From: Iphione sp. A-MEVVRFRX5
Lineage: Eukaryota
Reading direction: 5' to 3'
Length of the DNA: 64,000 nucleotides
NCBI GenBank assembly: GCA_976226885.1
Contig: OZ320316.1
Span: 77,500,001-77,564,000, forward strand
Of this stretch, positions 12,147-26,616 are shown piece after piece. Under the pieces are notes generated by a model. It was not told the origin of the DNA and made no database searches. It worked only from the letters and a program-made list of their open reading frames with translations. The position numbers were made by a program, and so were the translations under genes. Position 1 is the first letter of the stretch. Every line of letters begins with the position of its first letter.

Positions 12147-15100
12147 GTGCCAGAATTTGAATGTTTAAATTTCAAACTTAATTTTAAGGGAGGTCAGTGT
12201 GCTATTACTTTGTACATTTGTCATCAGAATATGACAAGGTCAGGAACAGCCATAGGCTTCCGTTGCCCAAGCAATTGCTGGTATTCTGAGATTAGCATCC
12301 ACCTGGCAGCAAGACCTCAGGTGCAGATAGTATAGTCCTGCTGTACCCTACCTGTTCTTGGACGTAGTATGCGCCGTTAGGTACTTCCAATCAGAGCGGT
12401 CTGCTCGTTGCTGAGTGAGCCACTGCAAGAGGGTTCCTTTCCTTACCCTCATGGCTAATTGGACTACAATCCTTTCGACCAGACTTTTGAGTTTTGCCTC
12501 ATCCTTCGGCAGACTTTCTGCTTTTCATATCGTTATAACTACTTAAATTAATGTGGTAAACAAAATTCTCTCAAAAGCTCTCCATGGGCCCTTTCATGCA
12601 ACATTATTGGTTTTTGATCTGTCTTTATAACAAAATATCGACTGACTTGTCAACCACTACTCCTGCTTTGATGCATATATATTGTCCTTTCGTGTTTTTT
12701 GCTAACTCGGAAGAGTGTCTAAGCCAACGGCCCTACCACCCACGGTTAGGCGGGCTTGATGGGCTCAATGATAAATGCTCATCGACCTACATGCTCCAGG
12801 GGTCCAGAGGTGATAGCTGAAAATAGCCTGATTTTAGGTAGCCTTACCGTCCGACGGAACCTTTAAACAGATCTATAGATAATACACGCACTCAAAGCAT
12901 AGAAATTCCTTGGCCTCTCAACTATCACTAAATCCCTACTTTCGTTCGATTCACATAGTGTAGACTGCAGTTTTAACTTGACAAAACCGAAATAGGCCTC
13001 AGCTGGAAGCCGGACTGTCGTTGCACATTTGGCTCTTATGGCCGTGGCATCAAATAGCCCTGCCTCTGGCGCAAGGGACGTAATTGGCATTAAATCACTC
13101 ACTGCGAAACTATATCCGGCACACTGAGTACATCATTGTGCCTCGTCTATTGTGGATAAGGGAAAAATAGGACCATACGAAAGGCGCCTGCGCGGGCGAG
13201 AAATGAAAACGGACGATGTCTGTTTGCCTCTGCAAGAAGGTGCAAGACAGAGAGTGGGTTTGATGTGAGTTGGACGTATGGAGAGGTAAGGTTATTGTCA
13301 CAACCAGTGGGGATAAGTAGCCAATTCTGTCACAGGTTTCTCAACAACCGCACTCTAAGACGAACAACTCCAGGCCATAGCCTCAGGTCATAGTGAGGTC
13401 TATGAATAACCATTCATGATTTAGGTCAGGGATCAAGGACGACTGCGAACCCACAGGAAACACCACAGAGGCCCGATGATCATCGAGCCAAATTGGATCC
13501 TAATGGCTCGGAAAGTGGCCGCCCGTCGCACGGTGCCGGCTGTACCGCCAGAACGCAGTCCAATGGTTCGCCCAGCGCGTGATAGGGGGCGCCTGCGGCT
13601 TCGGGGTGTAGAAACACACACTATCCAAGGAGCTTTCAAGAACGAGATAATAGTCACACTTAGAACGGTCGATAGCTTGAGTGCCTATCAAAAATGCTCT
13701 CGATTATACACACTATTATTTATTAAGATAGAACCCTATCCAAAGAAAATATCTAGTAAAAGAGTGTCACGAATAAGGTTGAAGCCGATGGGTTATATGT
13801 TAGCGTGTAGCCGTGATCGACTGCTTTAATCAATTGCTTAAGTTATACAAATGTAGTGATATAGGCTCGTTAGAAATGGCAGGGTGTTAGAGCGTTATCA
13901 AGAATCTTTGCTTACCGTTGAGCTTCAGCGCATACTCCGTTTACCAACAAAGTGATAATCGATAAGAAATAACACTTGATTAGCGTTGTTTAGCGGATGG
14001 ATAAACACCAACTCCTCCGAAAAGAATTATTTGGTCGGAGAAGAAAGGATCTACTAATGGAAGAAAGTGAGATAAGGTTTTCTGAAAGAGCTCCTATTGA
14101 TGCAAATGGAGCAAATTGTTGTTGGGAGGAGATGCTCAGAAGATTGCCAATACCAATTGGTTGAGTCCTCAACGGATATCATATGCTTTATAACTTGATT
14201 CAAGGTTACTAAATATTTCCATACATTCTAAGAGGTGTCTATAGAAAACTCCTGGTGTGTGATTCATGCTACAAAATAATATAACCCTTAATATATTGAA
14301 AAGGACTGGAATGCATTACATCGCAAATAAATAAAATATTTATATGCATATAATGCATTAAATTTCAAAGTAGTGTTGAAATGATTTAGTTTGCACTGGC
14401 TTTTAAGATACGCATTCTGTGTCTTCTGATGCTTTTCTGTTCGGACTGAATTTGAAAGGCGACGAGAATGTTTTTATTCCCTCTAAAAAGGTGCACTTTT
14501 GTACACCCGAGGGTGGTGGTGGCAGGCAATGTCTGTCGTCTACCTTCCCCTTTGTTCTGAACGCCAAGGCGACGCCAAGAAAGCAGATTGCAATGTGATG
14601 GTGGAGGTTTCGCAGGTGCGCCCAACGAATCAGGCTTTTACTGCGGCAGAGGCAGCGGGACAAGGCCCACACAAGTCTTTAATATGCCGAGATTGAGTCA
14701 GTTTAGCGACGCCGAATCGAACAGTTGCTTCTAATTCGCGCTGTTTGTAAGGGCCTGTGCAGCGACCTCCACTGCCGCGCTCCCGCTGCGCCACTCTCAC
14801 GCACGCGGCGTCGGAACGTCTTTCTTACGCTGACTTTGGCTCGAATGGCTGGTTTTCCTAAACACAATTGGTCATAAGCCCGGCCAATCTCCAGCTAGAT
14901 GCCCGCCTATGTTCACCGGGGAGCCGCGGAGAAAGGGTGCAAAGAGACGGCGCATTAGCGTGGAAGCCATCTGAGGGAACCCAATACAACGCGCTGCCAT
15001 TTGTACACATAGATCTATTTAAGATGCGGCTATGGGCTACATAGAGACGCCACTTCTATCTTATTTTGCTCGCGTAGCTTTACGCGAGGACCATATAGTA

Positions 15101-18100
15101 AATTTTGCGCGCGGAATTACATAGGATCTGGCTGTTTGCCGAAGCTATCAATAGCGGTGACTTGTGACCCAGAGAGCAGATGAGATCATGCCCGGTCAGG
15201 CAAGTGGGAGGGGGTAAAACTCCTCTTCGAAGCAACAGAGCCCTTTGAAAGTCACGGTGGCATTGATCACCGGTCGAGCAAGGGCGGCCAATATTCAGGC
15301 TTCGAGAAGAACCGCCATCCAACAGTGAGACGACCTGGAAGCAGGCAAGCCAGGAGCATGGACTGACCGGCCTGCGTCCTGGCGAACGAAGACAGTCCGA
15401 TTGCCTCTTGAAGGAACTTGAAAAAAAACAAAGGACACTGTATAATGTGACTCGGTGCCATATCTACTTAATACAGGATGCAAAATTAGGCTGAAAAGCA
15501 CCGAACATGTATTTGTATATATTGGTGAAATTTACGTTTCTGAGATCACAATGAGATAGGATTGTGTTTATTGCTTCCACTGGTGTAGAATCCACATTTC
15601 TAGTCGAAACTAATGTAAAGTCTTGATTAATCGATAAAAATAGAAAATAATTCATATAAAACATATCAAGAAATGGTAATATCGGGTTTTCACTAAAACT
15701 TGAGCGCTACTCAGGAACAACATGCACAGTAAATGAATATCGCTCAGATGCTGACATTTATTCTGTCATTTAAGTGATTAATACTTACAAAAAAACATGT
15801 TTTTTATTAGGCTCCAACAGAAATTGGTAATCATTTTGTGGAGCTCATCAGAGAAAACAAATTTGCACAAGTCGTCTTCTCATCTGACCGTAGCTGTTCG
15901 TCATTCACGTATATAAAAGCAAACTCCACGATGTAAAGGTAATCAAGGGTTTTATTTCATCCGAAATGCACAGAGACATTATGATACTGGTCTTCGTCTG
16001 ATCTGCAGATTCGGCACACATATTCAGTCAGAAGCTACACGGTTTTGCCACTATTTTCAGATACAAATATACTCATGAGAGAATGGTATAAATGTTGATC
16101 AGCGCACAAACAATGGTATTTACATACATATACACACAGATAATTTATGTATATAAATATATGGTCTTAGAGGAAATATCGAACGAAATTTGAACTCTCT
16201 TTCAGAAAAATAGCTTCCAGGTATGAAAAATAGTGAACTGGTACAGCTTTTGTCGCTCAACTGACAGGTGCACGGAACGTGAAGGTCAACCGTGAAACTG
16301 ATGAGGAACAGTGTTGCATTTTACGTGATATAAAGGTGTTGTCTTCGCCAATGCTAAAAATGATAGATCCCTTCTTAATTTATGACCTGAAAATAGCATG
16401 CATCAGGAAAAGTAATCTTGGACAGAAAAAAAGCTTGAACCCTTCCTCCAAGGCATAAAACCCCTTCGCGGTGGGCCTATTTCACATAGCTTGTGCCATT
16501 GTTTTGCGGGTCTACGCGAATTTTACTTGATTGTCAATTCACACCTTTAGGAACCCTTCCTTCCAACTCGATATCTGTATATTTATGAGTGCAGTTTAGT
16601 ACATGCAGAAGTGTGTTATCTTAGAAAGAGATCTTGCGGTATAAAATGCATATATATATATATATATGCCTACATATTTATATCATTTTCTACTGACAAC
16701 ACATCTTTCTTTGTATCGTCGGGCTCCCATCAAGGCATAACTTATCAAATCACCGTCTTCGTCTCGTTAGCTATTCACACATCTCGGAACATGCAAATCT
16801 GGTGCCAAGACCGTCAATGACAATTGTTATCAGCTTCGTTAATGCCACGTTAATGACAGAGCGCAATGTACTAATAACGACGCCTAGCCAGTTTTGCCCA
16901 TGACCAAAGTCTGGAGGACTCATAAAATGTCCAAAAGACGAAGGAACCATTGCCATATCAGAAGATTTATTGTTCTTAGGCTTCCCCGGTGTACCGTCTG
17001 TACGAGCCATTACAGATAAGGAGCAACGTTATAGCAATAAGTCCAGGTCGGAGCAGGGTTCCACATGCGTGCCGCACAGTACAAGTACAAAAGGTTGAGC
17101 CTATCTAGCGATGGACACATGAGTCATCTGGAAAAGGGACAGCAAGGACGAGCTGAGGGTGAATCATAGTTTGCAGGAGGGCTGGCTTGCTTTCACCTCC
17201 ATATGGTATGGTGCAACGCAATATTATAACAGATACATCCTTCCCGTTAAGTGTATTGAATTGTTGAAAACAGGTGGACTTTTCTTATATATCGCAAATG
17301 AGAAAAAATATGTAATGAATAACAGGCTGAGATCAGACTGGTCTAATTTCGGTTACCAGTTCGTTTGGGAAACAATTAATTGAAGGAGAATCTTTTAGCA
17401 AAGGTGTTCTTCGGAAACTGAGGGAACCTATGCCCTTTTTAAGAGTTTCATGTTTGTGAAATGTGAATGTTACAATTTGTTTCATTGACGTTTTTGTTTG
17501 ACTTCAGATTGGAAGTGACTTATTTTCATCCACGACATCAGCTCCAGGGACTGATCGTCAGTCAATGGACACACTATCCATTTTGTGTGGTCTCTTACCC
17601 TCAGAGCAGAGCGTGCTCTGTTGCAGCTTGATGATACGGAAAGTACATTTGAGATGTCTAAGCTTCCAGGTAGAGCATTGGTGGTTGCCTCAGGGACAAT
17701 CCACGCCCAGAAACTAGTATACAAGGCGATAGTTTGGTAGGAATATTAATACCACGTCTTTTGGACCTTAAACACATTCCTAGAGTATGATATCCAACAT
17801 AATAGTACAAAAGAATGCTTATCATATAAACCACTACATTACAATATGTGTGTATTTCTAAAATGTCAGTTATAGCATTGACTATACATATCAGGGAAAA
17901 AATAGGGTGTTTCCGGTTACAATCCGCCCACAACCTAGGTATGGAGGGGGATTCCCTTTTATTTTATTTTTGTCTGCTTTGAAGGAGATAGACCCATAGG
18001 ATCATGATGGAGGGTCTAGTGGTTGGACAGCAGCATTCCTAATGTTTGCCTTTCCTCCTAAAGATGGGGGATAATAAAGAATGTAAAATAGTTTTAATTT

Positions 18101-18389
18101 ACAAACTCTCTGATCATCAGTATATACAGTAGAAACCGTGTTATGTGATAAGAAACCACCGTTGACAACACTTTCTATGGACAGAAACACACCAGAAAGG
18201 TGAGGAATGCTTAATTTAGTATCTAAGACCTCCTGGCTGCTGTAGACACTCACCTACAGCAGATTCCTACACATAGACAGCCATAATTTAGTTCAAAATA
18301 AACAATTTTTAAGACTTCTGTAAACACTGAGCAAGTTGAAGAGATATTCTCAGAAGTGCAGTAAAAAATGGAAAAAAATGTGGCACAAA

Positions 18390-18510
18390 ATAGTGAAACT
18401 GATGCAAATCTTAATGAAAAATGGCAAAAACTAATGCATAATCAGTCCAAAATGGCAAAATTGATGCACATTTGGCTGCAATAGAGCAAAACTAATGCAA
18501 ATTTGGTTCA
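18390..18510. repeat. Degenerate ~30-bp tandem repeat, about 4 copies
   Basis: The core AAA(C/T)T(G/A)ATGCA recurs four times at roughly 30-bp spacing. Confidence 0.6.
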
Positions 18511-18990
18511 AAAGTAGCATTGCTACTGTCCAGTTGTGTTGGTGGATCTGAGGATATTGTTGGTATTGTCTGTAAAATTGACTTATCCCAGTCCCATCCT
18601 TACACTCTCCCCAGGTATTGTTAGATCTTAGGCTATATCCAGTAGCATCCATTATATCTTTGATACTTCAGCTTTCATAAAGTATTAGCACCTTGGAAAC
18701 AAATACCAGACAAATGTAAATGTTCTGCTCTTATATAATGGAAGCTGAATTAAAATAGTTTGTATATTATCTTGTAAAAGTCACACCCCATGACATAGAA
18801 TTGTGTGCATTGGTGGATCTTTCATTTTTTATGGGAATAAGGCCTTCTTGTCTAGGTTCGTTCATATCAATCATTAATATACACCTTGTACATAGGGTAC
18901 ACAGACTAATACTTCTTCAAAAGATATTTGCTCCTTTCTATACTTTAACCATCAAAATAGTAATAAATATCATATCAGCCATTGGAAGAG
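18500..18990 (-). mobile_element. Eroded LINE reverse transcriptase remnant (N-terminal RT blocks)
   Basis: One stop-interrupted minus frame reads, in order, KG....RSISL (cf. KG...NYRxISL, ~18900), PRQEG...ERST (cf. Q.GFR..RST, ~18815-18855) and YICLVFVSK (cf. Y..FVDF.KAFD, ~18700). Confidence 0.4.
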
Positions 18991-21900
18991 TCATCAAATA
19001 AGGTTTCCATGGGGCCAAGACAGGTCATCTGTATAAACTAAGCTAAAAAATCATGACTTGTTCTCTGTGCAAAAAATTCATATTGCTTTTCAAATTTTAA
19101 GATTTATCTTATTTTGTCTTGGCCTTGTGTGTATCTCTCTCCCTTTGTGTCTTACCTAAATTGTGCATCAGGGACTCTTCGAGGCCAACAACTTTTTAAG
19201 TAGGGTTTTCCTACATGGGGGGGGTAAGCAGAAAAAACCTATTTTTTGGTGGGGGCCCTATGCATGAATAAATACACGAGCAGGTGTGCAGTCTTGATGA
19301 TGCAAGTTATGACAGGATAGCACCATGTGTATAGCTAGTATGAAGATATTTAGAGGACTCAAATCACGCCATCTTGTAACTGTTCTGCAGAGTTTGGCCC
19401 AATCAATAAGCAGCAACAAAGACTGTTTACAGTGATCAATAGGAAAAACTTAAATCTAATAATTGCAGAAACTTTAAGTCTTGCAATACAGGTAGTATTT
19501 TAATATATTTGCCGGAATTTTCTAATTATGCATATTTTGAAAGATTTGGTATAAGGGGAGGGAATATAAAAGAATACAGAACGTTGGGTCGTTGCCCAGC
19601 TAAGTCATTTGCTGGTGTAAAGACTGTGGTGAAAATAATTCTGACCAGTGAAAAGTAAATCGGCGTGTTTTCTCCGCTGTGTACATGTGTGGCAAACTAA
19701 TACAACTGCTACCAGCAAGAGGAATAAGACTCAAAGAGTAGTGGAAGAAAGGATCGAGATATCATAATGTTTACAACATAAATGGCGGAGGATTTGACAG
19801 AACCGGACTATTTTACTCCAGGGTGAATGTAGCTTACCTTTTTTGTGGGACAAAGAAAAATAACACTGACACCATTTGTCCCTGAATTTCTGAAGATGTT
19901 AGAATCACTTTTGATTGAACTCAACCGAGTGAGAAACATTTGGCGCCTCCTAGCAACTCTTGTGGAACTAGTCTAGAAGTACGTAAAGGATGGTGGCCAT
20001 CACACCGATCGTGCTGTTCCCACGGAGTCCATCTCGCGGGTGCGTGAGCAGCAGGGAGCGGGTATGAGCCAGTTCAGGGAACTGCTCCCTCGATACCCCT
20101 GGATTCGTGTTGCCCGAGCTGCTCCCGGTATCGATCCGCTCAGGGTTAGCGTCCAGGATCGGTGTGACGGGCCTCATCACATTAGGGCCCGATGAAGGCA
20201 GCAGGCCTGGTCTACCTATCTGTGGGCCGTCCTACATGAAATGTGGCTTCTTAATGCCCTACGAGCGCACACCTAGCCTCTAGCAAATGGAGTAGGCCCT
20301 TTCGTCATGATGAATGGTCTCTATCTTAATAAATGTGGCTCTCCTGTACAACCAAGCATCTGCCTATTCAAGGCATAAGCAAAGCCAGCAGCAGCAGAGT
20401 AATAAGCTTCGGCTAAAGTTTTACCTAAGGTCGATTTTCCAGGCAAAAATAAACTACTATTGTCAGCTTTCTTCCAGTGTATAGCCATGGCCGATTGGCT
20501 ATGGAAAACACGAAACAGAAAGTCTTAGTGTTTAGAAATCAAGTACTTTTTAATATACGGCCTGTGCAGATTTGCTATCATATTACTTCTTGTCATTGCG
20601 ACTCTTCTTGCAAGAAAATAAATGGCCAGCATTGTATCGAATATGTCAACTAACACCGTATTAATGTGTCAATAGAGAGAGCAGATATTGTTGGTCGCTA
20701 TTTGGTGATGATTGACTATCTATACAATCGACCCCTGAAGTTACAGCCGATCAATTGCTGCCATGGGTAAATTGAAACTCAGCGTAATCAATCGTCCAGT
20801 TGCTGAGGAAATGTCCCCAAGGCGTTGATGGATAGCTAATAATGTCTCTCTACCTTCAGTAGTAGATTGTGAAGTGAAAAACAAACCGATTCAATTAGTC
20901 ACCCCAGTGAGAAGCTGCACTATGGAGAAATTAATTTATTCCCCTTCCTAATAGCTGGAGTAGTTTAGAGACCTGAAAGAACGGAGTAGGCATGCGGCAA
21001 GGCGCAAAAAAGGGGGTGACATCTTGAGTAAATACTTTGAAGGAAGCAGTCGATGGTTGTTTCAATGGTGTTTGGACTGCTGGCTGAACTCCATCTAGAA
21101 ATCCATACTTATCAACTCAAAGACCGAATAGAATTTTTATGTGGTTTGCTAGATGATTTAAACATGATGATGGTAACCGCAATTTATGCAAATGTCTTTC
21201 GCAGCAGAAAAGGCATTGACAGCAGTCTCCGTAGACTGGGAAAAAAATTGCTTGCCGTCAGGGTATAACGAAGCCAAAAGGTTCTTACATGGTCTACTTT
21301 TTCATACAGAAAGTGTCCATCTATCTCATATCGTCAATAAGCCACCCTTGCTCGAAGTGTCAGCGGGTCAAGCCGTGACGGGGAGCATTAATTAAAGCAG
21401 GGGCAAGAACACGAAACAGAAAATTGACCCACAGTGAAAGAGAGGCGCGGCTCCGGCATTCAGTGCGGCAGGAAGTCCTGAGCTTTGGGGCAGCATAATA
21501 CCGAAAAGGCTCGGGCGAAAAGGAATTCCCAAATATTTCATTTCAAAATTGCGCGTCCGTAAAGGCCCCAGTCCGACACAGGCAGTCGACAGGCGACTAG
21601 TAGGGAAGGACGAGAATCGAATCAGTGCAGAAGCTTGAGGCATCTTCTTTGTCGGCGCCCATCCACCATTTTATTAGGTGTCGCGCAGTGGCCCAGGAAA
21701 GTCGTCAACCCCACCCCGACGTTGAATGAAGTATGAATATAGAGATACAAACCCAATTTCAGCGTTTGCGGACACATAAGACAGAGGGCAGTCCGGCTAA
21801 TCTGTGCTGTGATTTGGAGCACGAGACGATCTGTCCTGAATATCGACGCAGCCTAACGCAATCTAGAAGACGACATGCACTGTGGCGCTCGCTGGTAGTA

Positions 21901-24900
21901 TTGGGCGGGGTCGGTATGCTGTTGGTGAAGTAAGGTTAACGGTGCTCACTATGCCATTTGATAGAATCGCAATGCAACGAGATCGTTGAAGGCCACGGAG
22001 CAGTGTGGCCCCGCAAGCAGGAGGGTTCGGTGGAGAAGGTACGTAAAGAAGAGGAAGAGGGAAAGGAACAGGCGCGTGAGGGGAAGGCAGGGTGAAGGGA
22101 TGTGGGTGGCTACTTTATATTTCGGTGTAGGTGTGCCCCGCGCCTTTTCTAGTCGTGGTGACCTGCATGGCCCCGTCTCTTTCCGTCTCGAACTGTAACG
22201 CCATCCCACGAGCACCCACTCGCTCGGGGCGCATGCGAGCAGCTCGCGGTCATTCAAGCGATTGTGCCACGGCGCCTTCCATTAGCTCAGAAATATCTCA
22301 GCGTGTGACTGCCATTTGCGCGGAGACCTGGAATTAGCCCCGCACCGAGGCAGGCAAGGGGGGGGGGAGGTAAAAATGCCTCATGATTGAAATCGCAAAC
22401 TGGGCAGAAATGTCCTGCTGCGGCTGACGGTCCGCCGGTCGGCGGGTCGAGAGGGCCCCCACGTAGCGGAATCTAACTAGATCGCGGCCCGAACCAGCGG
22501 CCAACGATTGAGCGGGCCAACGGCAAGGCCCTTAAGCCACTGCCGACTTATTCTGTTGACGTGGAATAATTGCTCCTATAGCAGCTCGGCGCCAGACTAA
22601 AATGACCACCTTCCCGCCACAGTATAGTAATCGAGCACTTCGTGGTTCACGTTATTCACTGCCAGTCAGAATAAAAACGTTGCATTGACTTCCACAGGAT
22701 TCCATCTTGTAATATTCAGTGAAATGGGTCTATTACGACGCTCATATCGAGCCATTATCGCTCACTCGAACTGAAATACAAATTGTAAAATTGATTTGAA
22801 CCAACATGACTGGCTATGCATTTCACGGTCTATCAAGTGACATCTTCTGCAGCAGGAGTAAAAAACGAATGTAATGCCCAGCCACAAGGAGCTTGCCACT
22901 AAATGAATGGTGTAAATTATCATTCCAGAAATTTGAACATCTAATCTGACTGTTGACAACGAATGCATCTAAATAAAATTTCGAAAAACGTTCCATAATG
23001 TGGAAGAATACGTTCAAGTCATTTGGTGCTTAGAGCATGACCACACTTTTTGCATTTTAGCTGCACTCAGAAACCAGGCAATGCTTGTCACTGTATCCAA
23101 GAGGCAAGAGTGGAAAAAGCAGAGCATCTAATGTTGGTTACGGCTCCTTCTTCGTACCAGTCTACTTACTGGTATCGTATTGATTCTCGTTAATGGAATG
23201 AAACATGATTTTAGCGATTCACAGAAGAGCCTCTAGAGGTCGGCGACTAGTAGAGAAGGATCTCGTTCTTCGTTCACCTCTAGAACCTTCAAAATCTATC
23301 ATCTGAATATGGATTAATAGCTTGAAAGAGACCACCATACAGTGTCTTCAAGGCAAAATGTGTCCATTGGTATGCTAACCCCTAGCCACTCTATACGAAT
23401 GCCCTATAGTGGTATTGAGGTCGGGCCATAGGGCACATGGGGAGCCTTTCCTTAGGAATCCATCATCAAAGGACATTGTTTCGTCCTCGATCAGTAGTCC
23501 TGGCAGTTTGCTTATCTGCATCAGGATCCCGGCCACAGATTACCGATAATCCCAAAAGTCAGTGGATGAAGTAGTTGAAAACTAAAGCCTTCAGCCGCGA
23601 TATTCTGGATGTCAACATATCTGTGGGACATCTAAATTAGTTACATACTTCGACCGCAAAAATGGAATATTTTTTCTGCTTTCCTATCCGAGTAGTATAT
23701 GAAAAAGGGGGAACTAAATCGGATAAGCCAATGACGCCTATAGAGACATACGTTGTAGCGTAGTACTGTTTCTACACCGCATCTTGTCTGAGAACAACCT
23801 TAGACAAGGCAGGACAGACGTCCCGTCTTAATTTGCCGTAATGGGCTACAGGCAGGGTATGATTGAGGTGGATTTCCCAGCGGCGCGGTACGGACGTCTT
23901 TTAATCAGTCCTGACACTTAGCTATGACAAGCAATAAAGAGACAACTCCTCTGGGTATGCGTCGCAGACTGTTTCCAGCTGACGCGTCACCGGCTTTCCT
24001 TCAGATTGGCTAAACTTAATTAACATGTCGGTTTGCCAACTAAGACACACACACTGGTGGCGAACAGTACCAGAAACCTTACATAATACTTTCGCAGGGG
24101 AATCAAATGCTCGTCATTATTATTTTACTTGGCCACCTCAGTAGAGAGTAGCCTTTCTGCGTCGGATTATGCAGCATTAAAGGCATGTTTGAGAAGGGGC
24201 TGCGTTGTCCACTCGGTATAGACTGTAGGATCAGATGGTGTCACCAGGGTTTGAGAAGGACTTATTCCCTGCCTTGGTGGCGCATGACCATCACGACAGA
24301 GGACGCAGCCCAGGGGTCAAGTCACCAAAATGAGAATAGCAACGAAGACATAGCCACAGAAAGAGCGGCAAGCAGGGGAGATTTACGCCACCTACATGAA
24401 GTCCACCTCGGCCAAGGCCCCACGACCGGGTCGGGCAGGCGGGGACAGAGGCTGTCATGATTGATGGTCTCATGGGGCAACGGCCGCAGACAGCAAGGCT
24501 CATATTTAGGGCTATGAGGCTCGTGACCAAATCGTTATCTACGCATCCGATCTTAGTAGGGTGCACAACAGGAAAGAAAGTCTGTTGCTTCTTCTGAAGT
24601 TGACCTCCTTAATAGGCACTTCTTCTATGTTTCTGGTCTGTCAGGTGGCCAAAGTATCCTCAGTAGGGATGCATGACTGATGAAATCAAGATGCCCTAGA
24701 ATCACTCTTGACAACTGGTCCTATTATTCTACTAATGTTCCCTTTCCTTGCAGGCACTACTTATGTTGCCTTGTAACAAATCTACCAGCTTTGAAGATAT
24801 AGTGAAAAATTACTTCATCATTATTACCATAGCCTAAACATAATGCTACCACCATCACAAACATAGTGTCGAAACGATTTAGCAAAACTTGCTTGTGGAT

Positions 24901-25934
24901 GTAGCACCCGAGAGGTAGCATAGGATTGCTGTCATAGAAATACATCACAGCATCTTTTCCAATTAAGTAATGCACAGTGTTTACTATTAGTGTCTGCTAG
25001 ATCACAGAATTTACCATCGTGGATTGTCAAGAAGAGGACTATTGGCATCCTGCAGAAGATAAAGACTTTCCAGTGAAAGAGACAGCACGACATGTCTCAC
25101 TAAAGTGGACAGCGTCCCGGTAAAGGGCGCCTGAGTAGGCCTATCCATCTCTCGCTTTCGCCACCCTGCACACACCCATACAAGGCCGGTTCTATACACT
25201 CAGTGGTCGAGGTATATACACTCTGCAGGGCTTGAGTGACAACACGTACTTCCTAACCATTGCTTTGAGCCTTTCAACCCGGTTGCATGGTATTACACTT
25301 TCTGAAACCTCTGTTTGGCCAGCAGGCGTCCCAAAATCGATGAAGTGTAGAGGGCACAGACAACGGTTGACTTGTCGGCAATGTCGTGCCGTGGCTACTA
25401 GTCGGTTACATCGTCAGCAAGTGGAAAGCGATGCAAGGGAAAGTTGCGTGAAAGTGACCGTGGATAGCTACCGGCGACTGTCTACACTTTGCAATGTACG
25501 CAGAGGCAAGAGGTGACGGGCCATGTAAAGTGTACACTTGCCTACACAACACATTGCACCAGCTGACCAAGCGGTACTTGCCTCAAGCGAAGTGTGGTAG
25601 TCGCGGTAGACAGTCCATGCCCGAATCATGCAAGGGCTTAAAGGGACCTTTTTAATGTTTAAATCCAGCGCGGCAGATATCATACCGACGAAAACAAGTG
25701 TAGAATACCCATATAGATATGTCTCCATCTATATCTCTTGATATACTAAGCCTATATTGGAAACATTTAATGTTGTCGTTAGATATCCGGTGCCACAAAA
25801 TGTCCTCGACGGTTCTTTCCCAAAACGTAAACGTACATCGTGTATAAAAGGATGGCACTTCATCTATTATTTTATGCAAGAGGACAGATGTTATTTTATA
25901 TCAGTCTCACATGCTAATGACGTTCAAATCCTTT

Positions 25935-26616
25935 TCATTCCCTTACATCCATTAACGGATGGATTAAGCAATTGTCAAGTAGGATTGCGGTACTTGTGAA
26001 ATTGTCGTCAGTCAGGCAATTGCCTGCTTCAACATGCATCGACAGGGTATATCTGTTTGGGGCTAAGCTAATAATCTGAATGGGCAGTTTGATGGGTACT
26101 TCGATCTTTCGTGTCATGCACATGACAGTTTCTTTGAAATTTTCATTTCTATAAATCGTCGTACCATTTGAGAATTTGACGTTAAAAGCATTGCGTGTAG
26201 GCCAAGTGCTGATTTCTAATTTTACCTGTCATGCAGAACACGGCGGACAAAGCGGTCAGATGCACCTGCTGACATGCCATATGCAGAACACTTACAGAAT
26301 GCCAGGCAATGAATGGTACATCTCCCCTTTTCCTGCCCAGCGCCAAATTGTCTTTTCCTAAGAAGAATAGTAAAGGGGGTCCGACATCAAGGATTCTTTG
26401 GCATATCTGACCACAGAATTCTTCAGGCGCAGTATTGGCCATGGTACAAAGGGATGGCGCACCTTTTATGAATGTGTCCAGCACCTCTCTATGTATCATT
26501 TCCTCTACAGCACGCCTCCATATCACAGGATAGGCGACAATGAAACTTTTTGCTTTCCTCCCTTTTACAAGGTTCGTGGTTTTGCTGTTGCCTATCTCAT
26601 GCTTTATTAATGGCAG
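25935..26616 (-). mobile_element. Eroded non-LTR (LINE) reverse transcriptase remnant
   Basis: A 145-codon minus frame (26616-26182) contains EEF-x13-PLLF-x4-D, the spacing of the RT xxF...QG..LSPLLF...D block. It continues NLA...GDVP...VSVL with a disrupted YADD region, then LTALSAVFC. A frameshifted NGC (cf. YGCE.W) lies at about 25945. The catalytic QG and YADD motifs are lost. Confidence 0.5.

Noticed and set aside
20040-20100. HDV-like ribozyme interpretation of the pseudoknot
   Set aside because: The P3 loop is only 3 nt and there is no room for P1.1, P4 or the catalytic J4/2 strand.
26182-26526. Resemblance of this ORF to condensin NCAPD2 (PEEFCGQIC)
   Set aside because: Only a few residues match and there are no splice signals. 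The LINE RT motif spacing explains the segment better.
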